NCBI GenBank assembly: GCA_039591075.1
Contig: JBDHEI010000004.1
Coordinates: 29,537 to 93,536, forward strand
Direction of reading: 5' to 3'
DNA: 64,000 bases
Source: Gemmatimonadota bacterium
GTDB lineage: Bacteria > Gemmatimonadota > Gemmatimonadetes > Gemmatimonadales > GWC2-71-9
Numbering within the stretch: the stretch's first letter is position 1; every line of letters begins with the position of its first letter. Under the pieces are notes generated by a model that was not told the origin of the DNA, did no database searches, and worked only from the letters and a program-made list of their open reading frames with translations. A program made the position numbers and the translations under genes. This document shows, piece by piece, positions 1 to 9,146 of the stretch.

Positions 1-105
1 GCCGGGCGCCGTGGGGTCGAGGTCACAGGACAGCGTCACGCCCACCATGAGCGTGAAGACCACGGTGATCCATCGTGAACCTCCCCGTGCGGCTCCCAGT
101 GTCAC
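1..105 (-). CDS. Partial gene running off the left edge; signal/lipoprotein-like N-terminus
   Basis: The minus-strand frame is open from a GTG at 105 to the window edge. It reads VTLGAARGGSRWITVVFTLMVGVTLSCDLDPTAPG: basic n-region, hydrophobic core, then Cys. It starts 14 nt after the ybjQ-like stop. It is too short to appear in the ORF track. Confidence 0.3.
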   Translation of the reverse strand, partial: MTLGAARGGSRWITVVFTLMVGVTLSCDLDPTAPG

Positions 106-118
106 GCGTGGCCGGCCA

Positions 119-448
119 TCACCAGGTCGTCTTCACCGCGGTGCCGGATGCGCTTACCATGAGCATCGTTCCGCCTCGGCCGACCTGAATGGTCTCGTAG
201 TCGAGGTCGACGCCTACCACCGCATTGGCGCCGAGCGCTTCGGCCTCCATGGCCATCTCGTCGATGGCCGTGTCTCGAGCCCGCCGTAGCTCTTCTTCGT
301 ACGCTGCAGAGCGCCCGCCGACGATGTCGCGGATGCTGGCAAATATGTCCTTGAAGATGTTGGCGCCCAGGATGGCTTCGCCGGTCACGATACCGTAGTA
401 GCTCGTGATCTCGGAGCCTTGGATGGTCGGGGTCGTTGTGATCAGCAT
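119..448 (-). CDS. ybjQ: YbjQ/UPF0145 family protein
   Basis: 109-aa ORF with family-typical sequence: [49 protein letters not shown]. Confidence 0.85.
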   Translation of the reverse strand: MLITTTPTIQGSEITSYYGIVTGEAILGANIFKDIFASIRDIVGGRSAAYEEELRRARDTAIDEMAMEAEALGANAVVGVDLDYETIQVGRGGTMLMVSASGTAVKTTW

Positions 449-463
449 CCGTACCTCGAAGGT

Positions 464-1024
464 TCAGTCCAGTGGGGTCGGAGTTTGGAGCGCCCGGGCG
501 ATCCCCCGCAGCAGCGCGCCGTCGAAGGTGAATCGCGGCAGATCGGCGATCGGACACCACACCCAGCGCAGGTCGTCCAAGGGTGCGTCCGGCTCCGCGA
601 TCCTGAAGTGGAACATCAGGTCGTGGTGCAGGTGGGCCGGTTCGCGTCGCGTCTTGGGGATCTCGTGCACGTCCACGGCTACGAGCGGTGGATCCGGGTG
701 ATCCGAGACGGGGATTCCCGTCTCTTCCAGCACCTCGCGTTGCGCGGTCGCGATCAGCGACGCGTCGCCGGGCTCCACGTGACCGCCGGGCTGCAACCAC
801 CGTTCCAGGCGATCGTGGTAGACCAGGACCACCTGACGCCCATCCGCAGAGAGCACGACCGCGCTCGCGGTGACGTGTCCCGGATCGTAGTTCACCCGAT
901 CGAACGGGACCGGCGAGCTGCGCAGCAGGTCGATCGTCTGCTCGAGGCTTGCCACCGCCCACGCGTCGGGTACGGGTTCGAAGGCCTCGACCAGCTCTAG
1001 GACGTCCGGCGTCGAGATGGTCAT
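464..1024 (-). CDS. NUDIX hydrolase
   Basis: Nudix box GGHVEPGDASLIATAQREVLEETGI. The internal ATG at 1024 overlaps the upstream stop as ATGA. The longer ORF extension to 1171 is Arg/Pro-rich and overlaps the SRAP gene. Confidence 0.85.
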   Translation of the reverse strand: MTISTPDVLELVEAFEPVPDAWAVASLEQTIDLLRSSPVPFDRVNYDPGHVTASAVVLSADGRQVVLVYHDRLERWLQPGGHVEPGDASLIATAQREVLEETGIPVSDHPDPPLVAVDVHEIPKTRREPAHLHHDLMFHFRIAEPDAPLDDLRWVWCPIADLPRFTFDGALLRGIARALQTPTPLD

Positions 1025-1695
1025 GCTTCGATCGGCATCACGCATTCGGGACCCTCGTTGGCGGGGCTGTTCACGTACCGGCTCACGGGATAGACGGTCA
1101 TGGTGTCGGCGGGGAGCGGCCGGAGCAGCGCACCGAGGCGAGCCACATCGGACACCTCGGGGTCCAGCCACGTATCGTAGTGCGCCGGCGGCAGGATGAC
1201 GGGCATGCGGTTGTGAATCGGCTCCACCAGGGGATTCGGGCTAGTGGTCAGAACGGTGAACGACTCGATGGGCTCGTGTCCCGCGTCACTCCAGCGGTCC
1301 CACAGGCCCGCCAGCGCGAACGGCCGGCCGTCATGCATGCGGATGTAGTACGGCTGCTTGATCCGGCCCAGCTTCTTCCACTCGTAGAAGCCGTCCACCG
1401 GCACCAGGCACCGCTGTCGACGGAACGGCAATTCGAATGCCGGCTTCCGGTCGACCGTTTCCGCACGCGCATTGATCATCCGGTTCCCAATCGTGAAGTC
1501 CTTTGCCCAGTGCGGGATGAGTCCCCAGCGCAAGAAGTCCAGCGATCGCTCCCCGGCACGTGCGGCCTGGCGCACCACGGCCGCATCCTGCGTGGGAGCC
1601 ACGTTGTAGCGCGGCTCGATATCAGGCATCTGCAACAGCCTGAACACTTCACGGTCCAGCTCGGCGATCTGTGCCTGTGAGAAACGGCCGCACAC
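1021..1695 (-). CDS. yedK: SOS response-associated peptidase (SRAP/YedK/HMCES family)
   Basis: GTG start followed by catalytic Cys2 (MCGRFSQ). Motifs NVAPTQ, LRWGLIPHWAK and VPVDGFYEWKK. Confidence 0.9.
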   Translation of the reverse strand: MCGRFSQAQIAELDREVFRLLQMPDIEPRYNVAPTQDAAVVRQAARAGERSLDFLRWGLIPHWAKDFTIGNRMINARAETVDRKPAFELPFRRQRCLVPVDGFYEWKKLGRIKQPYYIRMHDGRPFALAGLWDRWSDAGHEPIESFTVLTTSPNPLVEPIHNRMPVILPPAHYDTWLDPEVSDVARLGALLRPLPADTMTVYPVSRYVNSPANEGPECVMPIEA

Positions 1696-1816
1696 GAGAA
1701 ATCGTCGGTCTCGGTCTGAGGTCGCGGTCAGGGAATCGCTTCAAGTATACCGCCCGGTGTTTGCGACCGTGAGAAGCGGGACGCAGATTCTTGACGGTCA
1801 TCTGCCGGAGTGATCC

Positions 1817-2791
1817 ATGCGTCCCCAGCCAGCTGCATTCCTTCTGCTCGCCGCATCGCTCAGCGCGGCACCCGTTTCGGCGCAGGACACGGTGCGGTTC
1901 ACCCCCACCGTCGGCTATCCCACGTTCGCGGTTCGCGAGCCGGTGCTGCGCGTGCAACCGGGCACCGTGCTCCTGTCGTCCACCAACTTCGGTCCCTACT
2001 ACACCGAAGAGGGTGGGGCTTTCCCGGGAGAAGTGGGGCCCATCTATGTGGAGGGCGCCACGACGAACGATATGCTCGTGGTCAAGATCCATTCGGTGAA
2101 ACCCAATCACCATCTTGCCGCGTCGCGGTTGTACCCGAATTTCGGCGGCCTCTCCATGGATCAGGGCAACCGCTTGGTGAACCAGCCCATCGAGCCGCGC
2201 CGCTACGTATGGCGGCTCGATCGCGAGCGAATGACCGGCACCACGACACTTCAAGGCAGCAGGCTCAAGGAGATCGAGGTCGACCTGCAACCCATGCTGG
2301 GCCGCGTGGCCGTGGCACCGGCCGGCGGCCAGGCGTTCACTGGTCTCTGGCCAGGCGACTTCGGCGGCAACATGGATGCGCCCGAGGTACGCGAAGGCAC
2401 CACCGTCTATCTGCCCATCTTCCATGACGGCGCGTACTTCTACTTTGGCGACGGGCACGCGCGGCAAGGCCACGGTGAGGTGTCGGGTACGGGGCTCGAG
2501 ACGTCGATGGACGTCGTGCTCGAGATCGATCTGATCAAGGGGAAGCCGATCGACTGGCCGCGGCTCGAAGACGATGAGTACATCATGGTGGCTGGCAGCG
2601 CCCGCCCGTTGATCGACGCGTTTCGGATCGCGCACGTGGAGCTGATTGAGTGGCTGGAGCAGGACTACGGGTTCGACCGGCTGGACGCGTACCTGTTGCT
2701 CGGGCAACTGGCGGTGAGCACGGTGGCCAACATCGTGGACCCGCAGTACACCGTGGTGGCCAAGTTCCCGAAGAAGTATCTGCCGAGGTGA
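1817..2791 (+). CDS. Acetamidase/formamidase (FmdA/AmdA) family protein with signal peptide
   Basis: N-terminus MRPQPAAFLLLAASLSAAPVSAQD. Body motifs GPIYVEGATTNDMLVVKIH, GGNMDAPEV and FGDGHARQGHGEVSGTGLETS. Confidence 0.8.
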   Translation: MRPQPAAFLLLAASLSAAPVSAQDTVRFTPTVGYPTFAVREPVLRVQPGTVLLSSTNFGPYYTEEGGAFPGEVGPIYVEGATTNDMLVVKIHSVKPNHHLAASRLYPNFGGLSMDQGNRLVNQPIEPRRYVWRLDRERMTGTTTLQGSRLKEIEVDLQPMLGRVAVAPAGGQAFTGLWPGDFGGNMDAPEVREGTTVYLPIFHDGAYFYFGDGHARQGHGEVSGTGLETSMDVVLEIDLIKGKPIDWPRLEDDEYIMVAGSARPLIDAFRIAHVELIEWLEQDYGFDRLDAYLLLGQLAVSTVANIVDPQYTVVAKFPKKYLPR

Positions 2792-2845
2792 GTCCGCGCG
2801 CGACATAGATTCTAAGTTGTTATATATTAACGAGATAGGATGCTC

Positions 2846-2889
2846 TTGACATTCCTTCCTTGTCTGTTAGTGTATTAGTAAACCAATAC
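2846..2889 (+). promoter_or_regulatory. AT-rich promoter/operator island upstream of the gntR-ABC operon
   Basis: A perfect -35-like TTGACA lies at 2846-2851; the -10 is ambiguous. An inverted repeat GTATT-N8-AATAC lies at 2872-2889, just before the ATG at 2903. The 2792-2902 spacer is strikingly AT-rich for this window. Confidence 0.4.
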
Positions 2890-2902
2890 AGTCAGCCGCC
2901 AC

Positions 2903-3283
2903 ATGTTCGATCAGATCGATCCTCGCAGCCCAACGCCGCTCTACGACCAGATTGCCGGTCGTATTCGAGTAGCGGTGGCAGCAGGCGAGCTGCGACCCGG
3001 GGAGCATCTCCCCTCGGTGCGCCAGCTCGCCGGCCGGCTGCGGGTCAATCCGGCGACTGTGGTGCAGGCGTACCGAACGCTCGAGTCGGAGGGATTCGTC
3101 GAGATGCGTCAGGGATCCGGAACGTTTGTGCGGGAGATCGGTCCAGCGCGGCGGTCGGAGGAACGGAGTGAGCAGGCGCGCGATCTCGTGAGGGCGATGC
3201 TGGCCGAGGCGGGACGGCGCGGGCTGGCGGCGAAGGAGATCGTCGAGGCTTTCAACGACGAAACGGGGGCGGGAGTCCGATGA
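2903..3283 (+). CDS. GntR-family transcriptional regulator, short YtrA-like subtype
   Basis: wHTH sequence PLYDQIAGRIRVAVAAGELRPGEHLPSVRQLAGRLRVNPATVVQAYRTLESEGFVEMRQGSGTFV. The protein is only 126 aa. Confidence 0.9.
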   Translation: MFDQIDPRSPTPLYDQIAGRIRVAVAAGELRPGEHLPSVRQLAGRLRVNPATVVQAYRTLESEGFVEMRQGSGTFVREIGPARRSEERSEQARDLVRAMLAEAGRRGLAAKEIVEAFNDETGAGVR

Positions 3284-4182
3284 GCAACGCGATTGAGACG
3301 CGCGGACTGCATCACCGCCTGGGCAAGACGTTCGAGATCCGAGAACTCTGGCTCAGCGTCCCGTCGGGATCTATCTACGGCTTCCTCGGACCGAACGGTT
3401 CGGGGAAGACCACGACAGTGCGGTTGCTGCTCGGTTTGCTCCGACACGCGCGCGGTTCGGTGACCGTTCTGGGCCGGCCGATCCCGGGCGACACCCCGCG
3501 GGTGCTGGCGCGTACCGGCTACGTACCCGAGCGGCCGCATCTCTATGGCGTGCTCTCGGTGGGCGAGGCGATCCGCTACCATGCCGCGTTCTACAGCACG
3601 TGGGACCATCGGCGGGCCGACGAGCTGGTGCAGCGGTTTCATCTCGACGGGTCGCTCCGGATCAGCCGACTCTCGAAGGGCGAGACGGGCAAGCTCATGA
3701 TGCTGTTGGCCCTCGCACAGAGCCCGGACCTGTTGGTGCTCGACGAGCCCACCGACGGGCTGGATCCGGTTGTGCGGCGCGACGTGCTGACAGCACTGCT
3801 GGACTACGTGTCGCAGCACGATGCGACGGTGTTCATCTCGAGCCATCTCGTGCACGAGCTGGAACGCATCTGCGACTGGGTCGGCGTGATGGACAACGGT
3901 CGGCTCGTGGCGGAGATGCCCATGCAGACGTTCAAGAACGGGATCAAGCGGCTGCGCGTGACGGACGCACCTTCACTGTTGAGCGACACGCCTTTCGTGG
4001 TGCTGTCGCGCGAGCCGGGCGACAGGTTGAGCGGAGGCGAGGTGTGGGTGGTCCGTGGGTGGCAGGATCCGATGGAGCAGTACTTCGAGGGGATCGGCGC
4101 CGCGCTCCGCGAGGTAGTGGACCTCGATCTCGAGGAAGGGTTCGTGGAGCTGCTGCGCACGTTTCGGGCACCGACTGGCTGA
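3280..4182 (+). CDS. ABC transporter ATP-binding protein
   Basis: Walker A GPNGSGKTTT, signature LSKGETGKL and Walker B LLVLDEPTDGLD. ATGA overlap with the gntR stop. Confidence 0.92.
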   Translation: MSNAIETRGLHHRLGKTFEIRELWLSVPSGSIYGFLGPNGSGKTTTVRLLLGLLRHARGSVTVLGRPIPGDTPRVLARTGYVPERPHLYGVLSVGEAIRYHAAFYSTWDHRRADELVQRFHLDGSLRISRLSKGETGKLMMLLALAQSPDLLVLDEPTDGLDPVVRRDVLTALLDYVSQHDATVFISSHLVHELERICDWVGVMDNGRLVAEMPMQTFKNGIKRLRVTDAPSLLSDTPFVVLSREPGDRLSGGEVWVVRGWQDPMEQYFEGIGAALREVVDLDLEEGFVELLRTFRAPTG

Positions 4183-4191
4183 GGGAGCGAC

Positions 4192-4848
4192 ATGTTCCGG
4201 CAGATACTCTACACGCAGTGGAAATGGACGGGGCTCGGGATCGTGGCGGTGACGCTCGTGGCCTTTTCCCTCCCGATCCTGACGGTGCAGAAGTTGGGGA
4301 TCACCGACCCCACGTGGCTCGACGCCCGCGTGCTCCTCGCAGAGATCGAAGCATGGAGCCGGATCTACCCGGCGCTGGCGCTCACCATCGGATTGCTCGC
4401 CGGGACAATGGCGTGGACCCACGATCATCGGAATAAGCACGTCTATGCGCTAACCCTGCCGGTGCCGCGGTGGCACTATGTGCTGCTGCGGTTCGGCGCT
4501 GGGCTCGCCATGGTGATGGCGCCGATCGCGGCGCTGTGGCTCGGCTCTGTGCTTGCGAGTGCGATGGCCGTGATCCCGCCGGGTCTGCATGCGTATCCAC
4601 ACGCCGTAGCGTTGCGGTTCGCCGTTGCCGTGGTCCTCGCTTTCAGCATCTTCTTTGCGATCTCGGCGGGCACGGCCCGCACTGCCGGCTACATCCTCAC
4701 CATTGTGGGGGGGCTGTTCGTGACGCAGCTCCTGCTGGAACTGTCCGGTAGCAGCACCAACATCGTCATGCCGATATTCGATCGCATGGTCACGCTACCC
4801 GGACCCTTCGAGATCTTCACCGGCCGCTGGATGCTGATCGATGTGTAA
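4192..4848 (+). CDS. Integral membrane protein, probable permease partner of the ABC ATPase
   Basis: Starts 9 nt after the ATPase stop. About 5-6 hydrophobic helices (e.g. GLGIVAVTLVAFSLPIL, LRFAVAVVLAFSIFFAISA). No family motif recognised. Confidence 0.65.
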   Translation: MFRQILYTQWKWTGLGIVAVTLVAFSLPILTVQKLGITDPTWLDARVLLAEIEAWSRIYPALALTIGLLAGTMAWTHDHRNKHVYALTLPVPRWHYVLLRFGAGLAMVMAPIAALWLGSVLASAMAVIPPGLHAYPHAVALRFAVAVVLAFSIFFAISAGTARTAGYILTIVGGLFVTQLLLELSGSSTNIVMPIFDRMVTLPGPFEIFTGRWMLIDV

Positions 4849-5941
4849 CCGCCGTCGGCGGACGGTCGTGGTGGCTTTCGCGATCCTCGCGGTCCTCGCC
4901 GAGCGACCACTCCGGGCCCAGGACACTGACGCCTACCGTTCCGTGGTGGAGCGACTGGCCGGGCGTGTGGAAGCGCTGACGCTGCTAGAGTCCCCCGCGC
5001 GACAGAATCCGGAGATCGGGCCCCTCGATACGCTCACCTACGGCACCATCTCGCTGCTGGTGCCACCGCCCCGCCGGGCGTTCGCCGACGAGGTGGGGCG
5101 CGCGGTGTGGGACACCATTGTCGCCTACTTTGGACCGGACACGAGCGCCGTCGCGCCGACCGTGGTTGCCCTGGTGCCGGCGGGCCGCCGTGTCCCGCTG
5201 GCTGCCACGTTCCAAATACCTCTGAGACCTGAACACCCTGTGGACTATGCCATCGGCTTTGTGCTGAATCAGGTGCGCGAGAGGGAAGTGGCGCGGATCG
5301 ACCACGGCAGGTGGGGCGAGTGGTTCTCCCAAGCGGCGAAGGCGATGCTGTTTTGGCCCTCCGACCTGCGATTACAGGCGGCCTATTTTGATTTGGCCAC
5401 GAAGCCATGGTCGGGGGTCCGTGATTGCTTTGCGGGTGACCTCGGTCAATGCGCGCGTGTCGCGTCGGTGGGACCCGACGATCCGGTCACGGGCCACTTC
5501 ACGGTGGAGGAGCGCAGGAGAATCGTCGAGCGCGCCCGACGCGACGTCCTGCCGCTGCGTCGCTCGGCTGCAGCTGCGCGCTGCGTGGATGACGGTATCG
5601 ACAGCGCGTGCGTGGAGCTGTTCCAGCAACATCCTGCCTGGATTCGCGAAGATCCGCTCTCGCCAATGACCCGCGCGACGCTGATCCACACCGCCCTCGA
5701 CCTCGGCGGGGAGGGCGCGTTCGGGCGGCTCGTGGCGTCCGAGGGCGAGGATGTTCTTGCCCGATTGGCAACCGCGGCCGGGGTGTCGCAGGACACCCTG
5801 CTGGCAACGTGGCAGCGCAGGATCCTGGCCGAACGGCCGCAGTCCACGACACTCCCACGGCTCCCGGGATGGCTGGCATTCCTTTGGGCCGTCGTGTTCA
5901 CTGTGGCCGCGACCAGAAGCACCAGATGGCACCGCGGATGA
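4841..5941 (+). CDS. Hypothetical bitopic envelope protein (paralogue family member 1)
   Basis: The ATG overlaps the permease stop by 8 nt. Signal-like RRRRTVVVAFAILAVLAERPLRAQD and a C-terminal TM LPGWLAFLWAVVFTVAA. The C-terminal region parallels the next gene. Confidence 0.6.
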   Translation: MCNRRRRTVVVAFAILAVLAERPLRAQDTDAYRSVVERLAGRVEALTLLESPARQNPEIGPLDTLTYGTISLLVPPPRRAFADEVGRAVWDTIVAYFGPDTSAVAPTVVALVPAGRRVPLAATFQIPLRPEHPVDYAIGFVLNQVREREVARIDHGRWGEWFSQAAKAMLFWPSDLRLQAAYFDLATKPWSGVRDCFAGDLGQCARVASVGPDDPVTGHFTVEERRRIVERARRDVLPLRRSAAAARCVDDGIDSACVELFQQHPAWIREDPLSPMTRATLIHTALDLGGEGAFGRLVASEGEDVLARLATAAGVSQDTLLATWQRRILAERPQSTTLPRLPGWLAFLWAVVFTVAATRSTRWHRG

Positions 5942-7089
5942 GGCGACTGGTAATGTACGGCGTGCTCGCCTGCGCGGCGATCGCGGTGGGACTGCTGCCG
6001 CCACGGGAGCCCGAGAGGCCGCGACCTCGGCCGCTGCCCCGCACGCTCGACCGCGCGTCGTGGCAACTCCGAACCGCGGTGGAGCGTTATCAGCTGCTCT
6101 CGCTCCGCGATTCGGTCGTACAGCTCGTGCAGGATGGCGCTGTCCCGTTCGGGGATTCCCTGGCGTTCCTGGTCGATCCCGAGCTGTCGGCGCACCATGA
6201 CTCGGTGGTTCGGGCGCTGGTGACGCGGGTGTGGCGCCGCATGAGCCCGGGTAACGCACGCACGCGGATGGTGGTTGTGGTGGATGTGGACACGAGTGCG
6301 GCCTATCGTGGGCTACCGAGGTACCCGACATACCGGCTGCGGGTCGATCACCTGACCCCGGAAGCTACCGACGGTACGACATGCGTTGCCGGGATCAAGA
6401 TCGGGTTGGGGGAAGCGCAACGGATTCGCGAAGGCCGTTCGCTGAGTCCCGCCGTCATTGAGCGGATTCGCGAACGTGCTGTCGGGGTGTGCGGCTTCTA
6501 TGCGGCGTTCGGGAGGCCTGGCAAAGGGGTCCGATCCTGGCTGCCACCGCGCAATTACGTGCCGGCCTCGGAGGTTTCGTGGACCCGCGATCCGCTCGCG
6601 GTCCCTCACGACCCGCCATATGCCGGATGGGGGGGGGTTCGGGGTCTTCACTTCGCGCTCGTCGGCTGTGCGGCGGGTGAACGGTCACGCTGTGGGGAGA
6701 TGCGCCGGCGCCTTCCCGGCGACGACCGGCTACCGGTACGCTGGGCCAACTTCGAGGTCGATGGGGTGGCGGTGCGTGCTGATGAATATGGCTCCTGGCG
6801 CGATCCACTTGGGCCCTCCCAGCGTTCGTACTTCGCCGCCATGGTCGCCCACTACGGCAGGGATCAGTTCGAGCGGTTCTGGACGTCCGACGCGCCGCTT
6901 GAGGATGCGTTTCTGGCAGCGACAGGTGAGTCCATCGACGATTGGACGATGCGCTGGACGCGTGCCGACTTTGGGACCCCGGCGCGTGGCTCGAAGCTGC
7001 GACCGGTGTCGGTATTCCTCTCGCTCGTGATTGCGGCTGTGCTTGTGGGAAGCGCTGGCCTGCTGTCTCACTTCCGGCAGGCGGCGTAG
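5938..7089 (+). CDS. Hypothetical bitopic envelope protein (paralogue family member 2)
   Basis: ATGA overlap with the upstream stop. N-terminal TM MRRLVMYGVLACAAIAVGLL and C-terminal TM VSVFLSLVIAAVLVGSAGLL. Conserved block FERFWTSDAPLEDAF...DDWTMRW is shared with the fragment at 9134-9472. Confidence 0.65.
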   Translation: MRRLVMYGVLACAAIAVGLLPPREPERPRPRPLPRTLDRASWQLRTAVERYQLLSLRDSVVQLVQDGAVPFGDSLAFLVDPELSAHHDSVVRALVTRVWRRMSPGNARTRMVVVVDVDTSAAYRGLPRYPTYRLRVDHLTPEATDGTTCVAGIKIGLGEAQRIREGRSLSPAVIERIRERAVGVCGFYAAFGRPGKGVRSWLPPRNYVPASEVSWTRDPLAVPHDPPYAGWGGVRGLHFALVGCAAGERSRCGEMRRRLPGDDRLPVRWANFEVDGVAVRADEYGSWRDPLGPSQRSYFAAMVAHYGRDQFERFWTSDAPLEDAFLAATGESIDDWTMRWTRADFGTPARGSKLRPVSVFLSLVIAAVLVGSAGLLSHFRQAA

Positions 7090-7093
7090 CCGC

Positions 7094-8827
7094 TCACGCA
7101 CGGCTGCGGCCGCATGCGTCGGCTTTCGTGATTGCCACCTCCAGATCGGTACGAGACGCGGAGACACCCATGGTGGCGGCGCGCTCGATAGCCACCCGCA
7201 ACTCTTCGATGACCGCCTCGGCCACGCGCAGTTCACCCTGCAGCGCGACTTGCCGCGACTCGACTTCGCTACGCTGCTGCGGGGTAGAGCGGGTGTGGCC
7301 GCCGTCATCCCTTTCCCCTTCCTCCAGCAGGCGGTCGAGGCGTCCGAGTTGGCGCGCCAACGCTCGGACGCGAGCCACGATGCGATCGGCACTTCCCACC
7401 ACGCCGGGAATGCGGTCGCGCTCCGATCGCGGCAGGTTGGTCACGAGCCCCGCAATCACCGCACGCTCGCTGCGCACCCGCTGTACCGTGTCCACATGGG
7501 TGCCGAACGCCCCCGATCGCGATCCGAGTGTGCCAGAGGTCTCGGTCGACACGGAACCGCTGGGCGGGCTGTCACCGCCACGCAGGATGTCACGCGGCGT
7601 GTAACCAGTTGTCCACAGGCGACCGTACCGAAACGCCACGGGGAGCAGCCACAGCGCCGCGATGAGCGGTGCGAAATCCAGCGCCTTGTTAGTAGCGAGG
7701 TCGATGGCGAGCAGGGCGGCGTTGCCCAGTGCGAACACGGCAACGGTCCGCCGGAACCGGGCCACCGGCGTGACTGGCAGGGTCGTCATGGTGCGGATCG
7801 CAGCGCGGACGCCCGTGGCACGCGGTACGGCGTACCCGCCCGTCGTCTGCGGCCGGAGCAGTGCACAGAGTTCCCCAGCCGAGGCGTAGCGATCGTCCGG
7901 CTCCTTCGCCAGGCAGCGCGTCACCGCTTCGGCGAGGTCGGCTGGGCAGTCCGGCCGTCCCAGAGTGACCGACGGAGCCTCCTCACTAATCAGTCTCACG
8001 ATGAGGCCCTGAAACGTGGCCGCTCGGAACGGCAGCTCGCCCGTCAGCATCTGGTAGGCAACCACGCCGAGCGAGTAGAGGTCGGACCGGTGGTCCACCT
8101 CCGCCTCCGCGCTTGCCTGCTCGGGACTCATGTAGTCGGGTGTGCCTAAGAGCATGCCGGTGCCCGTCAGGCCTTGGCCGTCCTCCGGTTGGGCTGCGCG
8201 CGCAATCCCGAGGTCGGTGACGAGTACGCGTCGCTCGTCGCCCTCGAGCAGGATGTTGTCGGGCTTCACATCGCGATGGATCATTCCGGCGCGGTGCGCG
8301 TGGTGCAGGGCACTGGCCGCCTCGAACAGAATTCGTCGCACCTCGTCGAGCGGGAGCTTCCCCTCTCGCTTGGCTCGTTGGCCGAGGGTTTCGCCGTGAA
8401 TAAGTGGCATGACGAAGTAGGCGAGGCCATCGCTCTCACCCACAGTGTAAATCGGCATGATGTTGGGATGCCGGAGCTGCGCCATCGCCTCGGCTTCGCG
8501 CCGGAACCGTTCTAAGAGCAGCGGCGAGGCGTGAAAATCGTAGCGCAGCGTCTTGACAGCCACTTCGCGCTTCAGGCGCACATCGCGGGCGGCATACACC
8601 TCGGCGAACCCGCCCCGACCGAGCAACGTCCCGATCTCGTATTGGTCGCCCAGGGCGTGCCCCAGTCGTCGCCGATGCAGCTCCGCCCCGGACGACTGGG
8701 ATGCAGTACCCGTGTCACCTCCACGAAGCACAACGGAGAGCCGCTCACTGCCGCACTCCGGGCAGTAGCGTCCCCGATCGGGAAGCTCAGCGTTGCAGAC
8801 GGGACAGCGTTGGACGAGTTCAGCCAT
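7094..8827 (-). CDS. Ser/Thr protein kinase with N-terminal zinc ribbon, TM segments and coiled-coil tail
   Basis: Zinc ribbon CPVCNAELPDRGRYCPECG. Kinase motifs VAVKTL, HRDVKPDNILL, DLGIA and PDYMSPEQ. Hydrophobic helices ALGNAALLAIDLA and LIAALWLLPVAF. Confidence 0.9.
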   Translation of the reverse strand: MAELVQRCPVCNAELPDRGRYCPECGSERLSVVLRGGDTGTASQSSGAELHRRRLGHALGDQYEIGTLLGRGGFAEVYAARDVRLKREVAVKTLRYDFHASPLLLERFRREAEAMAQLRHPNIMPIYTVGESDGLAYFVMPLIHGETLGQRAKREGKLPLDEVRRILFEAASALHHAHRAGMIHRDVKPDNILLEGDERRVLVTDLGIARAAQPEDGQGLTGTGMLLGTPDYMSPEQASAEAEVDHRSDLYSLGVVAYQMLTGELPFRAATFQGLIVRLISEEAPSVTLGRPDCPADLAEAVTRCLAKEPDDRYASAGELCALLRPQTTGGYAVPRATGVRAAIRTMTTLPVTPVARFRRTVAVFALGNAALLAIDLATNKALDFAPLIAALWLLPVAFRYGRLWTTGYTPRDILRGGDSPPSGSVSTETSGTLGSRSGAFGTHVDTVQRVRSERAVIAGLVTNLPRSERDRIPGVVGSADRIVARVRALARQLGRLDRLLEEGERDDGGHTRSTPQQRSEVESRQVALQGELRVAEAVIEELRVAIERAATMGVSASRTDLEVAITKADACGRSRA

Positions 8828-8939
8828 AGGTGTTGGGGTGCGGCTTGCGACAATTATACCGGATCAGCTCCTTCAGAGATCCAATCCTTCTTTGCGGTCT
8901 TGAGAAACCTCCAGGGTGGTGCGAGGTTACGGGTCCCAC

Positions 8940-8997
<58 letters not shown>

Positions 8998-9011
<14 letters not shown>

Positions 9012-9146
9012 CTCACCAGGCTCGGATATGCGAGCCCGTTCTGCGTCGGCGCCGCGCCGCTTCGGTCCACGGCGCTCGTCTATCGACTCGCGCCTTAGGA
9101 TCAACTCTGCCCGGCGCCTCTCACCAGGCTCGCATGTGCGAGCCCG
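8998..9146 (+). repeat. 41-nt direct repeat pair duplicating the tRNA-Cys 3' end plus a downstream hairpin
   Basis: 8998-9038 reads tctgcccggcgcctctcaccaggctcgGatAtgcgagcccg and 9106-9146 reads tctgcccggcgcctctcaccaggctcgCatGtgcgagcccg, 39/41 identical. The 67-nt filler begins with an acceptor-like ggcgccg at 9049. Confidence 0.85.

Noticed and set aside
102-962. A 286-aa minus-strand ORF, and similar long ORFs throughout the window (e.g. 1649-2806, 3109-3855, 5372-6331, 9908-11098, 12171-13232, 15205-16428, 16703-17974, 33167-34432, 39633-41207, 43115-45097, 45880-47199, 54001-55503, 55573-56745, 58067-59227).
   Set aside because: They are Arg/Pro/Gly/Ala-rich low-complexity translations lying antisense to, or out of frame with, genes that carry clear family motifs. 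This is typical stop-codon-poor overprinting in high-GC DNA, not real genes.
5608-5937. N-terminal extensions of track ORFs: 5608-7089, 24431-25996, 25920-26765, 46150-47172, 59808-62303, 36333-37985, 19197-21068 and 54565-56673.
   Set aside because: The extensions overlap the preceding gene or an antisense gene and are low-complexity. Internal starts that sit at ATGA/GTGA junctions, follow SD sequences, or begin signal peptides give sensible proteins.
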